From positions 900,001 through 932,000 of the forward strand of contig NC_016012.1 of NCBI RefSeq assembly GCF_000283555.1: a DNA stretch of 32,000 bases, given 5' to 3'. The DNA comes from Candidatus Arthromitus sp. SFB-rat-Yit (GTDB taxonomy: Bacteria > Bacillota > Clostridia > Clostridiales > Clostridiaceae). Positions 8,454 to 19,078 of the stretch are shown piece after piece; the first letter of the stretch is position 1, and every line of letters starts with the position of its first letter. Position numbers and translations under genes: made by a program. The notes beneath the pieces were generated by a model, which saw nothing but the letters and a program-made list of their open reading frames with translations, had not been told where the DNA came from and did not search any database.

Positions 8454-9608
8454 TTAAAATGAGAAAAATTTCTTAAAACCCTTCTTCTTATTCTCTTGTT
8501 TCTTCTCAGAAAAATACTCTTTATTCCCTGCATAAGTTTCCTTAAGCATTTCAACTGCTTGTCGTTGACTCTCGTTATGAATACTAGGTATATCTACTAT
8601 TATATTAACATGATGTTCTCCTCTAAAGTTTGAATTAACCTTATGAACACCCTTACCTTTTAAAACTTGAACAGTCCCTGACTGAGTTCCTTCCTTAATA
8701 TTAATCTTATATTCACCATCTAGTGTTTCAATAACACTCTCACCACCAAGTATAGCAAGCCAAATAGGTATATGATGATCAGTAAAAACATCATTTCCCT
8801 TACGTTTAAACTTATTGCTATTCATTACATTTATCGTAATATATAAATCTCCAGAAGGTGCTCCAAGATCTCCTACTTCTCCCTCACCTCTCATAGAAAT
8901 TACTTGACCAGTATCGATTCCCCTGGGTATATCAATAGTTATCTTTTTCTCAGCATTAACTTTTCCATTACCTCTACAATTAACGCACGGATTCAAATTT
9001 ATCTTACCCGCACCAGAACATTTTGAACAAGTAGTCATAGATACCATACTTCCAAATGGAGTATTCCTTTGAACTTTTATTTGTCCACTTCCATGACACT
9101 TATCACATGTAGTTTTATCAGTTCCTGCCTTACTTCCTGTTCCGGAACACACACCACATCTATCTTTACGCTTTATAAATATATCTTTAGTGCATCCAAA
9201 AACCGCTTCATCAAAAGTTAATGTTAATCTATATTCTAAGTCTTCTCCAGGCTTAGGCCCCCTCTTAGTTTTGCCTCCACCAAATCCTCCAGTGAAAAAA
9301 CTAGAGAATATATCTCCTAAATCAAAATCCATATCAAATCCTTCGAATCCACCACTTGAAGAAGATCCATAGCTAGCTCCTTTTGTATAGGCATCATGTC
9401 CTACCCTATCATAACTAGCTCTTTTATTGGCATCACTTAAAACTTGATATGCTTCATTTATTTCTTTAAATTTCTTTTCGGCTTCAGCATTACCCTTATT
9501 TCTATCTGGATGATACTTTATGGCTTGCTTTTTAAAAGCACTCTTTATTTCTGAATCTGAAGCATTACTATTAACTCCTAAAATTTCATAGTAATTCTTA
9601 TTAGACAT
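8454..9608 (-). CDS. dnaJ: Molecular chaperone DnaJ
   Basis: J-domain with HPD (KYHPDRN), a G/F-rich linker, and four CxxCxGxG zinc motifs ([32 protein letters not shown]). Confidence 0.97.
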   Translation of the reverse strand: MSNKNYYEILGVNSNASDSEIKSAFKKQAIKYHPDRNKGNAEAEKKFKEINEAYQVLSDANKRASYDRVGHDAYTKGASYGSSSSGGFEGFDMDFDLGDIFSSFFTGGFGGGKTKRGPKPGEDLEYRLTLTFDEAVFGCTKDIFIKRKDRCGVCSGTGSKAGTDKTTCDKCHGSGQIKVQRNTPFGSMVSMTTCSKCSGAGKINLNPCVNCRGNGKVNAEKKITIDIPRGIDTGQVISMRGEGEVGDLGAPSGDLYITINVMNSNKFKRKGNDVFTDHHIPIWLAILGGESVIETLDGEYKINIKEGTQSGTVQVLKGKGVHKVNSNFRGEHHVNIIVDIPSIHNESQRQAVEMLKETYAGNKEYFSEKKQENKKKGFKKFFSF

Positions 9609-9656
9609 AAATCACCTCAATTTATTGACCAAAATTATAACAACAAAATATAATTA

Positions 9657-11477
9657 TTAATTATTATCTTCTACCTTATAGTCTTTAGCTTCATATGTTT
9701 GTTGATTTTCAGAATTTTCTGTTCCTGCAGCATTTGGATCTTGCTGATACATTTTACTTGATAACGCATAAAATGCCTGAGTTAATTCTTCCTGATTCTT
9801 TTTAATCAATTCTAAATCTTCGCCTTTTAAAGCATCTTTCAATAAATTTAATTTTGATTCTATATCTGTCTTTTCTTCATCGCTTATTTTTTCACTTAAT
9901 TCTTTTAATGAATTTTCAATCTGATAAACAGAACTTTCAGCGTTATTCCTAACTTCTATTGATTCCTTACGTTTTTTATCTTCTTCAGCATACTTTTCTG
10001 CTTCTTTAACTGCTTTATCAATTTCATCATCACTTAAGTTAGTAGTAGCAGTTATTGTTATATCTGCTTTCTTACCTGACGCTTTATCCATAGCACTTAC
10101 TTTAACGATACCATTTGCATCAATATCATAAGTAACTTCTATTTGTGGAACCCCTCTTGGTGCTGGTGGTATTCCAGCTAGAGTAAACCTTCCTAAGGTT
10201 TTATTATCTGCAGCCATCTGTCTTTCACCTTGAACAATGTGTATTTCAACTGATGTTTGATTATCTGCAGCAGTAGAGAAAACCTGACTCTTTGTTATAG
10301 GTATCGTAGTATTCCTTTCAATAATAACTGTAGACACTCCTCCTAAAGTCTCAATTCCCAAACTAAGAGGTGTAACATCTAATAATAACAAATTAGAATT
10401 CTCATAATCACCAGCTAATATTCCCCCTTGTATAGCTGCTCCAACAGCTACACATTCGTCAGGATTAACCCCTTTTGACGGTTCTTTACCTGTAAAATTT
10501 TTTACGGCATCTTGTATAGCTGGAATTCTAGTAGATCCTCCAACTAAAACAACCTTATTTATATCACTAATTTGTAATCCAGCATCTTGTAATGCTTTCT
10601 TCATTGGCTCTAAAGTTCTATTTACAAGATCTAAAGTTATTTCATTAAATTTAGATCTTGATAATTGTAAATCAATATGTTTAGGTCCTGAAGAATCAGC
10701 TGTTATAAATGGTAAATTTATATTAGTTTGTTGCGAAGATGAAAGCTCAATCTTTGCTTTTTCAGCAGCCTCTTTTAATCTTTGAAGTGCCATTTTATCA
10801 TTTCTTAGATCTATACCATTATTAGACTTAAAATCTTCTGCTATAAAATCCATTATTTTTTGGTCGAAATCATCACCACCTAAAAATGTATCTCCATTAG
10901 TTGCAAGGACTTCGAATACTCCATCACCTAACTCTAATATAGATACATCAAATGTACCTCCACCTAAATCATATACCAATATTTTTTCTTGAGTTGAAGT
11001 TTTATCAATACCATAAGCAAGAGAAGCTGCAGTTGGTTCATTTATAATACGCAACACTTCTAAACCAGCTATTTTACCAGCATCCTTTGTTGCCTGTCTT
11101 TGACTATCATTAAAATAAGCTGGAACCGTTATAACTGCTTGAGTAACTTTTTCACCTAAATATGCTTCAGCATCTAATTTAATTTTTTGGAGAATCATTG
11201 AAGATATTTCCTGTGGTGAATATTTCTTACCATCTATATCAACTTTATAATCTGTCCCCATATGCCTTTTAATAGATATAATTGTTTTATCAGGATTTGT
11301 AATTGCTTGTCGTTTAGCAACCTGACCTACTAATCTTTCTCCTCCATTTTGAAATGAAACTACTGATGGTGTAGTTCTACCTCCTTCAGAGTTAGGAATT
11401 ACAACTGGTTCTCCACCTTCCATTACGGCAACACATGAATTAGTTGTTCCTAAATCAATACCTATAACCTTTCCCAT
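9657..11477 (-). CDS. dnaK: Molecular chaperone DnaK (Hsp70)
   Basis: 606 aa carrying the Hsp70 signatures GIDLGTTNS and DLGGGTFD. Confidence 0.98.
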   Translation of the reverse strand: MGKVIGIDLGTTNSCVAVMEGGEPVVIPNSEGGRTTPSVVSFQNGGERLVGQVAKRQAITNPDKTIISIKRHMGTDYKVDIDGKKYSPQEISSMILQKIKLDAEAYLGEKVTQAVITVPAYFNDSQRQATKDAGKIAGLEVLRIINEPTAASLAYGIDKTSTQEKILVYDLGGGTFDVSILELGDGVFEVLATNGDTFLGGDDFDQKIMDFIAEDFKSNNGIDLRNDKMALQRLKEAAEKAKIELSSSQQTNINLPFITADSSGPKHIDLQLSRSKFNEITLDLVNRTLEPMKKALQDAGLQISDINKVVLVGGSTRIPAIQDAVKNFTGKEPSKGVNPDECVAVGAAIQGGILAGDYENSNLLLLDVTPLSLGIETLGGVSTVIIERNTTIPITKSQVFSTAADNQTSVEIHIVQGERQMAADNKTLGRFTLAGIPPAPRGVPQIEVTYDIDANGIVKVSAMDKASGKKADITITATTNLSDDEIDKAVKEAEKYAEEDKKRKESIEVRNNAESSVYQIENSLKELSEKISDEEKTDIESKLNLLKDALKGEDLELIKKNQEELTQAFYALSSKMYQQDPNAAGTENSENQQTYEAKDYKVEDNN

Positions 11478-11511
11478 AATAAACCTCCAAATTAAATTTA
11501 TTTTTTATTTG

Positions 11512-12072
11512 TTAATTGGCAACTTTAACCATACTATGTCTTATAATTTTATCATTTATCATATATCCTTTTTGCAATACTTCTACTATAGTATTTTTTT
11601 CTAAATTTTCATCATTTACATGAATCACAGCTTCATGAATATTTGGATCAAATCCAGATTCACAACTTATTTCTTTAACATTCATCTTATCTAAAACATT
11701 GTTAAATAATTTAATTACCATACTAATTCCTTGTTTAAATGAATCCATATCATAACTGGAAGAATTGGCTCTTTCCAAATTATCTAATATAGGTAAAACC
11801 TCAAATATTACATCTGCACAAGAATTATTATATATTTCACTCTTTTCTCTTACACTTCTCTTTCTAAAATTATCATACTCTGCACTAATTCTCAACATCT
11901 TATCTTTTAAAGAATCTATCTGTGATTTCAACTCTTCATTTTCTTTTTCTAATTCTTGAATTTTATCTACAATATTGTTCTGAGATTCGTCCTCTAAATT
12001 TTGTTTTAAATCTTCTTCTACATTCTTTTCTTCTACATTTTCTTCAGAAGTTACATTATTTTCATCCGTCAT
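11512..12072 (-). CDS. grpE: Nucleotide exchange factor GrpE
   Basis: Acidic coiled-coil N-terminus followed by the GrpE core (RISAEYDNFRKR...). ATG 12072 has GGAGGTG 9 nt upstream. The track start at 12090 lies inside that RBS. Confidence 0.9.
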   Translation of the reverse strand: MTDENNVTSEENVEEKNVEEDLKQNLEDESQNNIVDKIQELEKENEELKSQIDSLKDKMLRISAEYDNFRKRSVREKSEIYNNSCADVIFEVLPILDNLERANSSSYDMDSFKQGISMVIKLFNNVLDKMNVKEISCESGFDPNIHEAVIHVNDENLEKNTIVEVLQKGYMINDKIIRHSMVKVAN

Positions 12073-12102
12073 GTTTAATAACACCTCCATAATATTAGAT
12101 TT

Positions 12103-13119
12103 TTAATCAATATTCCTATTTATAAAATCTATTAAAAATTTAGTTATTGTCACTATCTTAGCATAATCCATTCTGGTAAGTCCTATTATGCCTATAGTTC
12201 CTAATATTTTCCCATTCCTTACACAATTACCTAAAACAACACTATAATTTTTAGCCTCTTCTACACTATTTTCTTCTCCAATCTTAATCTGAATATTATC
12301 AATACAATCACAGCTAAGTAAATCATTAAATCTATTAATATTATTGAAAAAAAACACTAAATCCTTAACTTTATCAATACTATTAAATTCTGGATAACTT
12401 AAAACATTGTCAATACCTTCAAAATAATAACTTGCCTCTGTATCATGCATAAATAAATTGTGTAAAATCATTCTTAATTGATCGAATATATTTCTATCTA
12501 AATTCAGACATTTTATAGACTCATACACCAATTCAAAATCAATATCTTCAAATTTATACGAAATACAATGATCATTAATTATTTTATTAATCAAAGTAAT
12601 AGTTTCATAATCCATAGGTCTATTTAATTTAATGATATTACTTTTTATAATACCTTCATTGGTTATAATAACAGTCAATAAATTGTAGGTATTTATTTTT
12701 ATAAATTCAATTGATTTTATAGAATTTTCAATTACTGGTGGTATTTTTAATACACAAGCCAAATTTGTCAATCTAGAAATGAGAGATAATTTAGATTTTA
12801 AAACATTTTCAAGATCAAATAAATCTAAATTTAATAAATTATCTTCAATATACTTTTTTTCCTCATTGGTAATTTTTTTGGGTTTCATTAATTTATCTAC
12901 ATATAATCTATATCCTTTATTTGATGGTTTCCTACCAGAAGAAACATGAACTTGTTCTAAAAATCCCAATTCTTCTAAGTCAGACATTTCATTTCTAATT
13001 GTTGCTGAACTTATTCCTAAATCGTATTTCTTTAGTAACGTTCTGGATCCTACTGGCTCACCTGTACATATAAAATCCTGGATTATCGAATATAGTATTT
13101 TGGTTTTTCTCTCATTCAT
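12103..13119 (-). CDS. hrcA: Heat-inducible transcriptional repressor HrcA
   Basis: 338 aa with an N-terminal winged-helix region (ILYSIIQDFICTGEPVGSRTL). It is the first gene of the hrcA-grpE-dnaK-dnaJ operon and is immediately preceded by CIRCE. Confidence 0.92.
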   Translation of the reverse strand: MNERKTKILYSIIQDFICTGEPVGSRTLLKKYDLGISSATIRNEMSDLEELGFLEQVHVSSGRKPSNKGYRLYVDKLMKPKKITNEEKKYIEDNLLNLDLFDLENVLKSKLSLISRLTNLACVLKIPPVIENSIKSIEFIKINTYNLLTVIITNEGIIKSNIIKLNRPMDYETITLINKIINDHCISYKFEDIDFELVYESIKCLNLDRNIFDQLRMILHNLFMHDTEASYYFEGIDNVLSYPEFNSIDKVKDLVFFFNNINRFNDLLSCDCIDNIQIKIGEENSVEEAKNYSVVLGNCVRNGKILGTIGIIGLTRMDYAKIVTITKFLIDFINRNID

Positions 13120-13138
13120 AATAATTAACCTCTCTTTA

Positions 13139-13165
13139 TTAGCACTCTATTTATTAAAGTGCTAA
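13139..13165. promoter_or_regulatory. CIRCE operator (HrcA binding site)
   Basis: TTAGCACTC-N9-AAGTGCTAA against the consensus TTAGCACTC-N9-GAGTGCTAA, one mismatch. It lies 20 nt upstream of the hrcA ATG. Confidence 0.9.
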
Positions 13166-13177
13166 TGGCTTGAAAAT

Positions 13178-13206
13178 AAAATAACATTTTAAAATCAATT
13201 TGTCAA
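13178..13206 (-). promoter_or_regulatory. Sigma-A promoter of the hrcA-dnaK operon
   Basis: The minus strand reads TTGACA (13206-13201)-N17-TATTTT (13183-13178) with an extended TGn. It sits directly upstream of CIRCE, the classic arrangement. Confidence 0.6.
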
Positions 13207-13214
13207 TTTTTTTA

Positions 13215-14345
13215 TTATAATTTATTTTGTATAAAATCTTTTAAAATTAAATTCATTAACATCAACCCATCATTTGTTATAAAAATCCTGCCATCCTTCA
13301 CATTTATTAATCCATTTTTTTTATATTTTTCAATGACTTTTTCAAATCTAGAAACAAAATCTATATTAAATCTACTATAAAAATCCTCTATTGATATACC
13401 TCTTATTTTCCTTAGACCTACCATTATATATTCTTCAATATTATCAATAAAAGAATTATCATGAATATTTTTATAAATAATTTTATTATCTTGTTTAAGT
13501 GCTCTTATATATTTATTCAAATCTTTTATATTTTCAATTCGCTTATTTTTGTAAAAGGAATGAGATGAAACACCTATACCTATGTAATCATCAAAATTCC
13601 AATATATTAAATTATGTAAACAAGGTTTGTTATTTCTACAATAGTTTGAAATCTCATAATGTTCAAATCCATTTGATTCCAAAAAATATTTGGTGTAATT
13701 ATACATATCTATTTGAATATTTTCATCCAATTCAGTAAACTCACCTTTTTTATACATATTATAAAATTTGGTATTATTTTCTAATATTAAATTGTAAGCA
13801 GAAATATGGGATAAATCATATTCTACTAACTTTTGTAATGTAACTTTATAAACATCTAAATTTTCATTAGGTATCCCATATATAATATCTGCATTTATAT
13901 TTTTAAAACCAATATTTTGTGCATAATTTATACTTTTTTCAAAATCATCAAACGAATGAGTTCTACCAATAAAATTTAAAGTAGATGAATTTGCACTCTG
14001 TAATCCTATACTAAGTCTATTTACTCCATAATATTTCATAATATTGAGTTTATTATATGTTAATGTTCCAGGGTTACATTCAATTGTAAATTCCAGAACC
14101 TTCGTTAAGTCACATATGCTACTTATACCTTTTAATAATATTTCTAACTGTTTATCATTAAGATAGCTTGGAGTTCCTCCACCAATAAATATGGTGTCGA
14201 ATTTTTCATGTTTATATAAATCTAGCTCTAACAATAGTGCATCTATATAATCATTAATTAAATATTCATTTTTAATATAAGATGTAAAATCACAATAATA
14301 ACATTTACTAGCACAAAAAGGTATATGGATATAAAGACCAATCAT
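13215..14345 (-). CDS. hemW: Radical SAM heme chaperone HemW (HemN-like coproporphyrinogen oxidase family)
   Basis: 376 aa with MIGLYIHIPFCASKCYYCDF (CxxxCxxC). It lies between lepA and hrcA as in B. subtilis, and its ATG is separated from the lepA stop by 1 nt. Confidence 0.88.
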   Translation of the reverse strand: MIGLYIHIPFCASKCYYCDFTSYIKNEYLINDYIDALLLELDLYKHEKFDTIFIGGGTPSYLNDKQLEILLKGISSICDLTKVLEFTIECNPGTLTYNKLNIMKYYGVNRLSIGLQSANSSTLNFIGRTHSFDDFEKSINYAQNIGFKNINADIIYGIPNENLDVYKVTLQKLVEYDLSHISAYNLILENNTKFYNMYKKGEFTELDENIQIDMYNYTKYFLESNGFEHYEISNYCRNNKPCLHNLIYWNFDDYIGIGVSSHSFYKNKRIENIKDLNKYIRALKQDNKIIYKNIHDNSFIDNIEEYIMVGLRKIRGISIEDFYSRFNIDFVSRFEKVIEKYKKNGLINVKDGRIFITNDGLMLMNLILKDFIQNKL

Positions 14346-14346
14346 A

Positions 14347-16155
14347 CTAATCTACCTTTAAAACAGATATAAATGCTTCTTGTGGTATTTCAACTGCCCC
14401 CACTTGCCGCATCCTCTTTTTACCTTCTTTTTGCTTTTCAAGTAACTTCTTCTTTCTAGTTATGTCCCCACCATAACACTTAGATAATACATCTTTTCTA
14501 ACTGCCTTAACTGTTTCTCTTGCAATTATTTTAGCTCCAATAGCTGCCTGTATAGGTATTTCAAACAATTGCCTAGGTATGATAGTTTTTAATTTATCCA
14601 CAATCGCTTTACCTCTTTGATATGCTTTCTCCTGTGGAACTATCATAGATAAGGCATCAACTGCATTTCCATTTAATAAAATATCTAATTTAACCAACTT
14701 AGTTTTTTGATATCCACTTAATTCGTAATCAAATGAGGCATATCCTTTGGTTTTAGATTTTAAGGTATCAAAAAAATCGTAAATTATTTCATTTAATGGT
14801 ATTACGTACTTTAAAATTACTCTCGATGTATCTAAATACTGCATATCAATAAAATTAGCACGTCTTCCTTGACATAATTCCATAACCCCTCCAACAAACT
14901 CTGAAGGTGTTATTATAGTAGCATTAACCACAGGTTCTTCTGTAGATTCAATTTCTGTAGTTTTAGGCATATTATATGGATTTGTAATCTCAATAACACC
15001 GCCTGAGGTCTTATTAACTTTATAAATAACAGACGGAGCTGTTATTATTATGTCTAAATTAAATTCACGTTCCAATCTTTCTTGTATTATTTCCATATGT
15101 AATAAACCTAAAAATCCACATCTAAATCCAAAGCCCAATGCCAACGATGTTTCGGGTTCAAAGATCAATGCCGCATCATTTAATTGCAATTTCTCTAAAG
15201 CTTCTTTGAGTTCATCATACTTATCTCCAACTATAGGATATATACCACTAAAAACTGTAGGTATTGCAGATTTATATCCCTCCAATGGCTCACTAGCTGG
15301 ATTTTTAATTGACGTTATAGTATCTCCAACTCTAGCATCTTTTACATTTTTTATAGCTGCTGCTACATATCCAACTTCTCCAGCTTGCAAAATATTTACT
15401 GACTTATAACTCGGTGTAAAAACGCCTACCTCTGTAACCTCATATTCTTTATTAGAAAACATGAATTTAATCTTCATTTGAGGTTTTATGTATCCTTCTT
15501 TCACTCTTATATAACAAATTACACCTCTATATGAATCGTATACAGAGTCAAAAACAAGTGCTTTTAATGGATTATTCACATCCCCTTTAGGTTTAGGTAT
15601 TTTTCTAACTATAGCCTCTAAAACATCACCTATATTCAATCCTGTTTTAGCAGATATAGCAGGAGCATCTTGTGCTTCTATTCCTATAATATCCTCTATT
15701 TCTTCTCTTACTTCTTCAGTTCTCTGACTGGGTAAATCAACTTTATTTAAAACCGGCACAACTTCAAGTCCCGAATCAGATGCTAAATAACAGTTTGCCA
15801 GAGTTTGTGCTTGAATTCCTTGACTAGCATCAATAACAAGTATAGCACCTTCACAAGCAGCTAAACTTCTAGAAACTTCATAATTGAAATCAACATGCCC
15901 AGGGGTATCTATTAAATTTAATATATATTCTTCATTATCAATAGGACTAGTGTATATAAGCCTCACAGCTTGAGATTTAATTGTTATACCTCTTTCTTTT
16001 TCTAATTCCATATTATCCAATACTTGAGATTCCATCTCCCTTTTAGTCAAAGTACCAGTAATCTCTATTAGTCTATCTGCTAAAGTCGATTTGCCATGAT
16101 CTATATGTGCTATAATACAAAAATTACGTATATTATCTTGTTTTTTATTGTTCAT
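14347..16155 (-). CDS. lepA: Translation elongation factor 4 (LepA)
   Basis: 602 aa with G1 [17 protein letters not shown] and NKVD, plus a LepA-type C-terminus. Confidence 0.97.
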   Translation of the reverse strand: MNNKKQDNIRNFCIIAHIDHGKSTLADRLIEITGTLTKREMESQVLDNMELEKERGITIKSQAVRLIYTSPIDNEEYILNLIDTPGHVDFNYEVSRSLAACEGAILVIDASQGIQAQTLANCYLASDSGLEVVPVLNKVDLPSQRTEEVREEIEDIIGIEAQDAPAISAKTGLNIGDVLEAIVRKIPKPKGDVNNPLKALVFDSVYDSYRGVICYIRVKEGYIKPQMKIKFMFSNKEYEVTEVGVFTPSYKSVNILQAGEVGYVAAAIKNVKDARVGDTITSIKNPASEPLEGYKSAIPTVFSGIYPIVGDKYDELKEALEKLQLNDAALIFEPETSLALGFGFRCGFLGLLHMEIIQERLEREFNLDIIITAPSVIYKVNKTSGGVIEITNPYNMPKTTEIESTEEPVVNATIITPSEFVGGVMELCQGRRANFIDMQYLDTSRVILKYVIPLNEIIYDFFDTLKSKTKGYASFDYELSGYQKTKLVKLDILLNGNAVDALSMIVPQEKAYQRGKAIVDKLKTIIPRQLFEIPIQAAIGAKIIARETVKAVRKDVLSKCYGGDITRKKKLLEKQKEGKKRMRQVGAVEIPQEAFISVLKVD

Positions 16156-16247
16156 CCAAAAATCACCTACAAATTAATTAAATATACATTAATATAGATT
16201 ATAAAATATAATTTTAAAAATTAATACTACCTAATTTTGTGCATTGT

Positions 16248-16529
16248 TCATCTTTTCCATGGAAATTTTATACTGAAAATCTTATTTTCTCCATTAATTC
16301 TTAAAATCACATCGTATCCATAGCTTTCTTTATAAATACTTATCAATGTTTTATCATCAAAAGTTGATATGCTTAAATCATTATTGCTATTATCTTGAAC
16401 TTCTCTAACGTTATTTACAATTCCTGTAGACGAGTATACAACATTGATTTTTACAAAACCCACAGTAAAAACACATATAAACAACAAAATTCCAAAAATA
16501 TATTTAAATTTTTTTTCCTTAAAAAACAA
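16248..16529 (-). CDS. Small membrane-anchored hypothetical protein (at the position of B. subtilis yqxA)
   Basis: 93 aa with a single N-terminal TM segment (YIFGILLFICVFTVGFV). It has a TTG start with AGGTGGTG 5 nt upstream. No motif recognised. Confidence 0.5.
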   Translation of the reverse strand: MFFKEKKFKYIFGILLFICVFTVGFVKINVVYSSTGIVNNVREVQDNSNNDLSISTFDDKTLISIYKESYGYDVILRINGENKIFSIKFPWKR

Positions 16530-16599
16530 AATAACACCACCTAAATAGTTTTATTTAAATGATGTCATTTTTTATATTTCTTATTCCATTTTTTTACAA

Positions 16600-17598
16600 T
16601 TATTGTGCTAAATATTCTCCTATAACATTTGAGAGTAATTTTGCTGAATTTATAGCTTCTTCCATGGTATTAAGTTGAGCGCCCATCTCAATCAAGGCTA
16701 ACTTAGAAGACTTGGTTTGATTAAATGCGTTACTTCCACTTTCATAATGAAAAACGCTCCTTGCAAACCCTGGATATAAATCATTTGCTAAACTTGTTAA
16801 ATCCATAGCAAGTTCCTCATTGTCTAAATAATTAGGATTGTTATGAGCAACAACAAACATTATTTTTGCAACATTTTTTCCTTCTATATTTGCAGTAACT
16901 AGATTTTTATTTTCTAAAGAATCTCTATGCAAGTCCAATATCAAATCAAAATCCTCAATCTCAGATAAATATTTATCTAATGTTTCTGCTGATCTCTTAT
17001 AACTTTCTAAATAACTCGTGTTATGTATAGTTTTGTCATGTATAACTTTAATATTATAATTTTTCTCTAATTCAGTTTTAAGAACATCTCCTACACCTAC
17101 AATATTATATTGTTCATAAAATGAATCATTTTGAGCTGGTTTAAATGCTTCTGTTGTATGTGTATGATATATAAGTATTCTCTTCTGAGTATTGTTTAAG
17201 TTAACAATCCCATTTGTAGTTTTATCATCCGAATTTAAGTTTTGAGATGAATTATTGTACATATTAGATGATAATTCCATTTCATTAATATCAGATGATT
17301 TTAAAATATTTATCTCTTTTTCAATTATAGAAATTGGATTCATTAAATCAATTCCTAAAATATTTTTTATGTCTCTAATAAAGGCTTCCTTAGAATTTTC
17401 AAAATATTCACCATCCACAAAAGCCATATAATTATTTTTTAGTATCGAGCTATAAGCATAATTAAAATTTCCCGATATATTGAAATATGTTATGTAGGTT
17501 TTCAATATTATCCACAAAATAATAATAGAAACTACAGTAACAATTCCTATTATTTTAAAATCTCTTAAGTTAATCTTATATTTTTTCGTCAATTGCAT
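16600..17598 (-). CDS. spoIIP: Stage II sporulation protein P (SpoIIP, engulfment amidase)
   Basis: 332 aa with an N-terminal TM and the motifs IYHTHTTEAF and DLHRD typical of SpoIIP. It lies downstream of gpr, as in Bacillus. Confidence 0.85.
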   Translation of the reverse strand: MQLTKKYKINLRDFKIIGIVTVVSIIILWIILKTYITYFNISGNFNYAYSSILKNNYMAFVDGEYFENSKEAFIRDIKNILGIDLMNPISIIEKEINILKSSDINEMELSSNMYNNSSQNLNSDDKTTNGIVNLNNTQKRILIYHTHTTEAFKPAQNDSFYEQYNIVGVGDVLKTELEKNYNIKVIHDKTIHNTSYLESYKRSAETLDKYLSEIEDFDLILDLHRDSLENKNLVTANIEGKNVAKIMFVVAHNNPNYLDNEELAMDLTSLANDLYPGFARSVFHYESGSNAFNQTKSSKLALIEMGAQLNTMEEAINSAKLLSNVIGEYLAQ

Positions 17599-17606
17599 CT
17601 AATTAA

Positions 17607-17635
17607 CCCTCCCATATAAAAAATATATGAAAGGG
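17607..17635 (-). promoter_or_regulatory. Stem-loop that base-pairs the spoIIP Shine-Dalgarno sequence
   Basis: The minus-strand RNA CCCUUUCAUAUA-UUUUU-UAUAUGGGAGGG forms a 12-bp stem with two G.U pairs. Those pairs make it stable only in the minus-sense transcript. The 3' arm is the GGGAGGG RBS, 8 nt from the spoIIP ATG. Confidence 0.45.
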
Positions 17636-17665
17636 ATAATATTTTATTATATTTTTTCTATTTTT

Positions 17666-18619
17666 TTATTTTAAATCTATAAATTTATTTAACTTGTCCA
17701 TATCTAAATTAGGATGTAGTGCAATATTTATACCCATTGCAATCATCTTGGACATTGATTCTATTACTGAATCTACATCTTTAGGTGCAACTATCATCTC
17801 ACCCATAGATATAGACAATGTTTTACGTATCATATCCATCCTTTGTCTTTCTCCCAATAAATTTTTTTCTATATAACTCTCATCTATATCTTTGATTATG
17901 GTATCTAAAATTAAATTAACGCTATCACTGACAATTGTGAGTGAATCAACAACTGTGGGTATACCTATTCCAATTACTGGCACACCTAACGTTTCTTCAT
18001 TAAGTGGTATTCTATGATTATTCACCCCAGCCCCAGGATTTATCCCCGTGCTTCCTACTTGTATCGTTGTATTGAGTCTAGATACTTTTCTTGCGGCTAA
18101 AGAATCAACACAAAGAACATAATCAGGTTTAATTTTATTTACAAGAGATTTTACTATTTCGCTTGTTTCTATTCCTGTAGTTCCAAGCACTCCTGGCGAA
18201 ATAGCACATACAGATGAAATATCATCTTCGATATATTTAGGCATAAATTCTTTAAGATGTCTTGTAACAAATAATTTTGATATAACTTTAGGGCCAAGAG
18301 AATCTGAAGTTACATTCCAATTTCCTAGTCCTACAACAAGAGCCGTTTTACTTGAATCCATAGTTATAAATTCTTTTAATACTCTCCCAAATATCGAGCT
18401 AATCTTGTCCATCATCTCAACATCATAATATGTTAATTTTGGTAATTCCAAAGTTGAATAGTATCCCATCTTCTTACCAAGAAGTTTTTCACCATATTTA
18501 TTTTTAACTCTTATATTAGATATTCTTATATTCGAATCTTCGATTTGTTTAAAATCTATATTTGGATTCCCTTCAAATATCTTATTAAAATCATTTTCCG
18601 ATACTCTACCTTTAACCAT
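17666..18619 (-). CDS. gpr: Germination protease GPR (spore endopeptidase, peptidase A25)
   Basis: 317 aa carrying VVGLGNWNVTSDSLGPK, GVLGTTGIETSEIV, VDSLAARK and GIGIPTVVD. AAGGAGA RBS. Confidence 0.9.
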   Translation of the reverse strand: MVKGRVSENDFNKIFEGNPNIDFKQIEDSNIRISNIRVKNKYGEKLLGKKMGYYSTLELPKLTYYDVEMMDKISSIFGRVLKEFITMDSSKTALVVGLGNWNVTSDSLGPKVISKLFVTRHLKEFMPKYIEDDISSVCAISPGVLGTTGIETSEIVKSLVNKIKPDYVLCVDSLAARKVSRLNTTIQVGSTGINPGAGVNNHRIPLNEETLGVPVIGIGIPTVVDSLTIVSDSVNLILDTIIKDIDESYIEKNLLGERQRMDMIRKTLSISMGEMIVAPKDVDSVIESMSKMIAMGINIALHPNLDMDKLNKFIDLK

Positions 18620-18703
18620 AACTTGTCTCCTTATTTTGTAGACATTTTTAAAAATTACACTTATTTATTTTGTGTAGTTTTTTTTAAATTATTTAATTAT
18701 GTC

Positions 18704-18732
18704 TTGAAATTATTTTTAATTAATGTTACTAT
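18704..18732 (+). promoter_or_regulatory. Candidate sigma-A promoter of rpsT
   Basis: TTGAAA (18704-18709)-N17-TACTAT (18727-18732) with an extended TGn, about 40 nt upstream of the rpsT ATG. Confidence 0.5.
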
Positions 18733-18774
18733 ATTGGCATTATTGGTGTTCGATCTAAAAGGATGGTGAAAAAT

Positions 18775-19041
18775 ATGGCAAATATTAAATCAGCTAAGAA
18801 GAGAATTAAAGTTACTCAAGCTAAAACTTTAAGAAATCAAATGGTTAAATCTGCATTGAAAACTGCTATTAAAAAGTTTGAAACTTGTTTAAAAGATAAT
18901 AATATAGAATCAGCAAAAACTGAATTCTCTCAAGTTACTAAAGCTTTAGATATGGCTGCTTCTAAAGGTATTTTACATAGAAATAAAGTTGCTAGAAAGA
19001 AATCTAGTTTAGCTATAAAATTAAATAAAGCTCAAGCTTAA
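18775..19041 (+). CDS. rpsT: 30S ribosomal protein S20
   Basis: [13 protein letters not shown]... is the canonical S20 N-terminus. The track start at 18763 adds MVKN and is rejected. Confidence 0.95.
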   Translation: MANIKSAKKRIKVTQAKTLRNQMVKSALKTAIKKFETCLKDNNIESAKTEFSQVTKALDMAASKGILHRNKVARKKSSLAIKLNKAQA

Positions 19042-19072
19042 AAAACCTAATACCAATCGGTATTAGGTTTTT
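19041..19072. terminator. Bidirectional terminator between rpsT and holA
   Basis: aaaaacctaatacc-aatc-ggtattaggttttt forms a 14-bp perfect stem. Its outer A5/T5 runs also supply the A-tract and T-tract on each strand. Confidence 0.8.
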
Positions 19073-19078
19073 AATTAT

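Noticed and set aside
15050-15409. 119-aa plus-strand ORF inside lepA, and similar nested ORFs at 1168-1350, 1515-1826, 3431-3718, 7191-7376, 7920-8201, 9190-9372, 11765-11959, 13499-13738, 17694-17876, 18545-18769, 19871-20077, 23380-23580, 26277-26567, 27578-27784 and 31116-31304
   Set aside because: All are shadow frames of confidently identified genes. Their composition is not protein-like and they lack translation signals.
16156-16247. 92-nt AT-rich spacer upstream of lepA, and 16530-16599 upstream of the small ORF, inspected for a riboswitch or sRNA
   Set aside because: No stable stems, conserved riboswitch cores or terminator-antiterminator pairs are visible. They are probably plain promoter regions.
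18620-18700. Sigma-F/G-type promoter upstream of gpr, and a similar GTATA-N17-CTATAATA match upstream of spoVAC (about 23790-23830)
   Set aside because: The consensus elements are short and AT-rich, and the matches are partial. In this composition they are expected by chance, so they are not reported as features.
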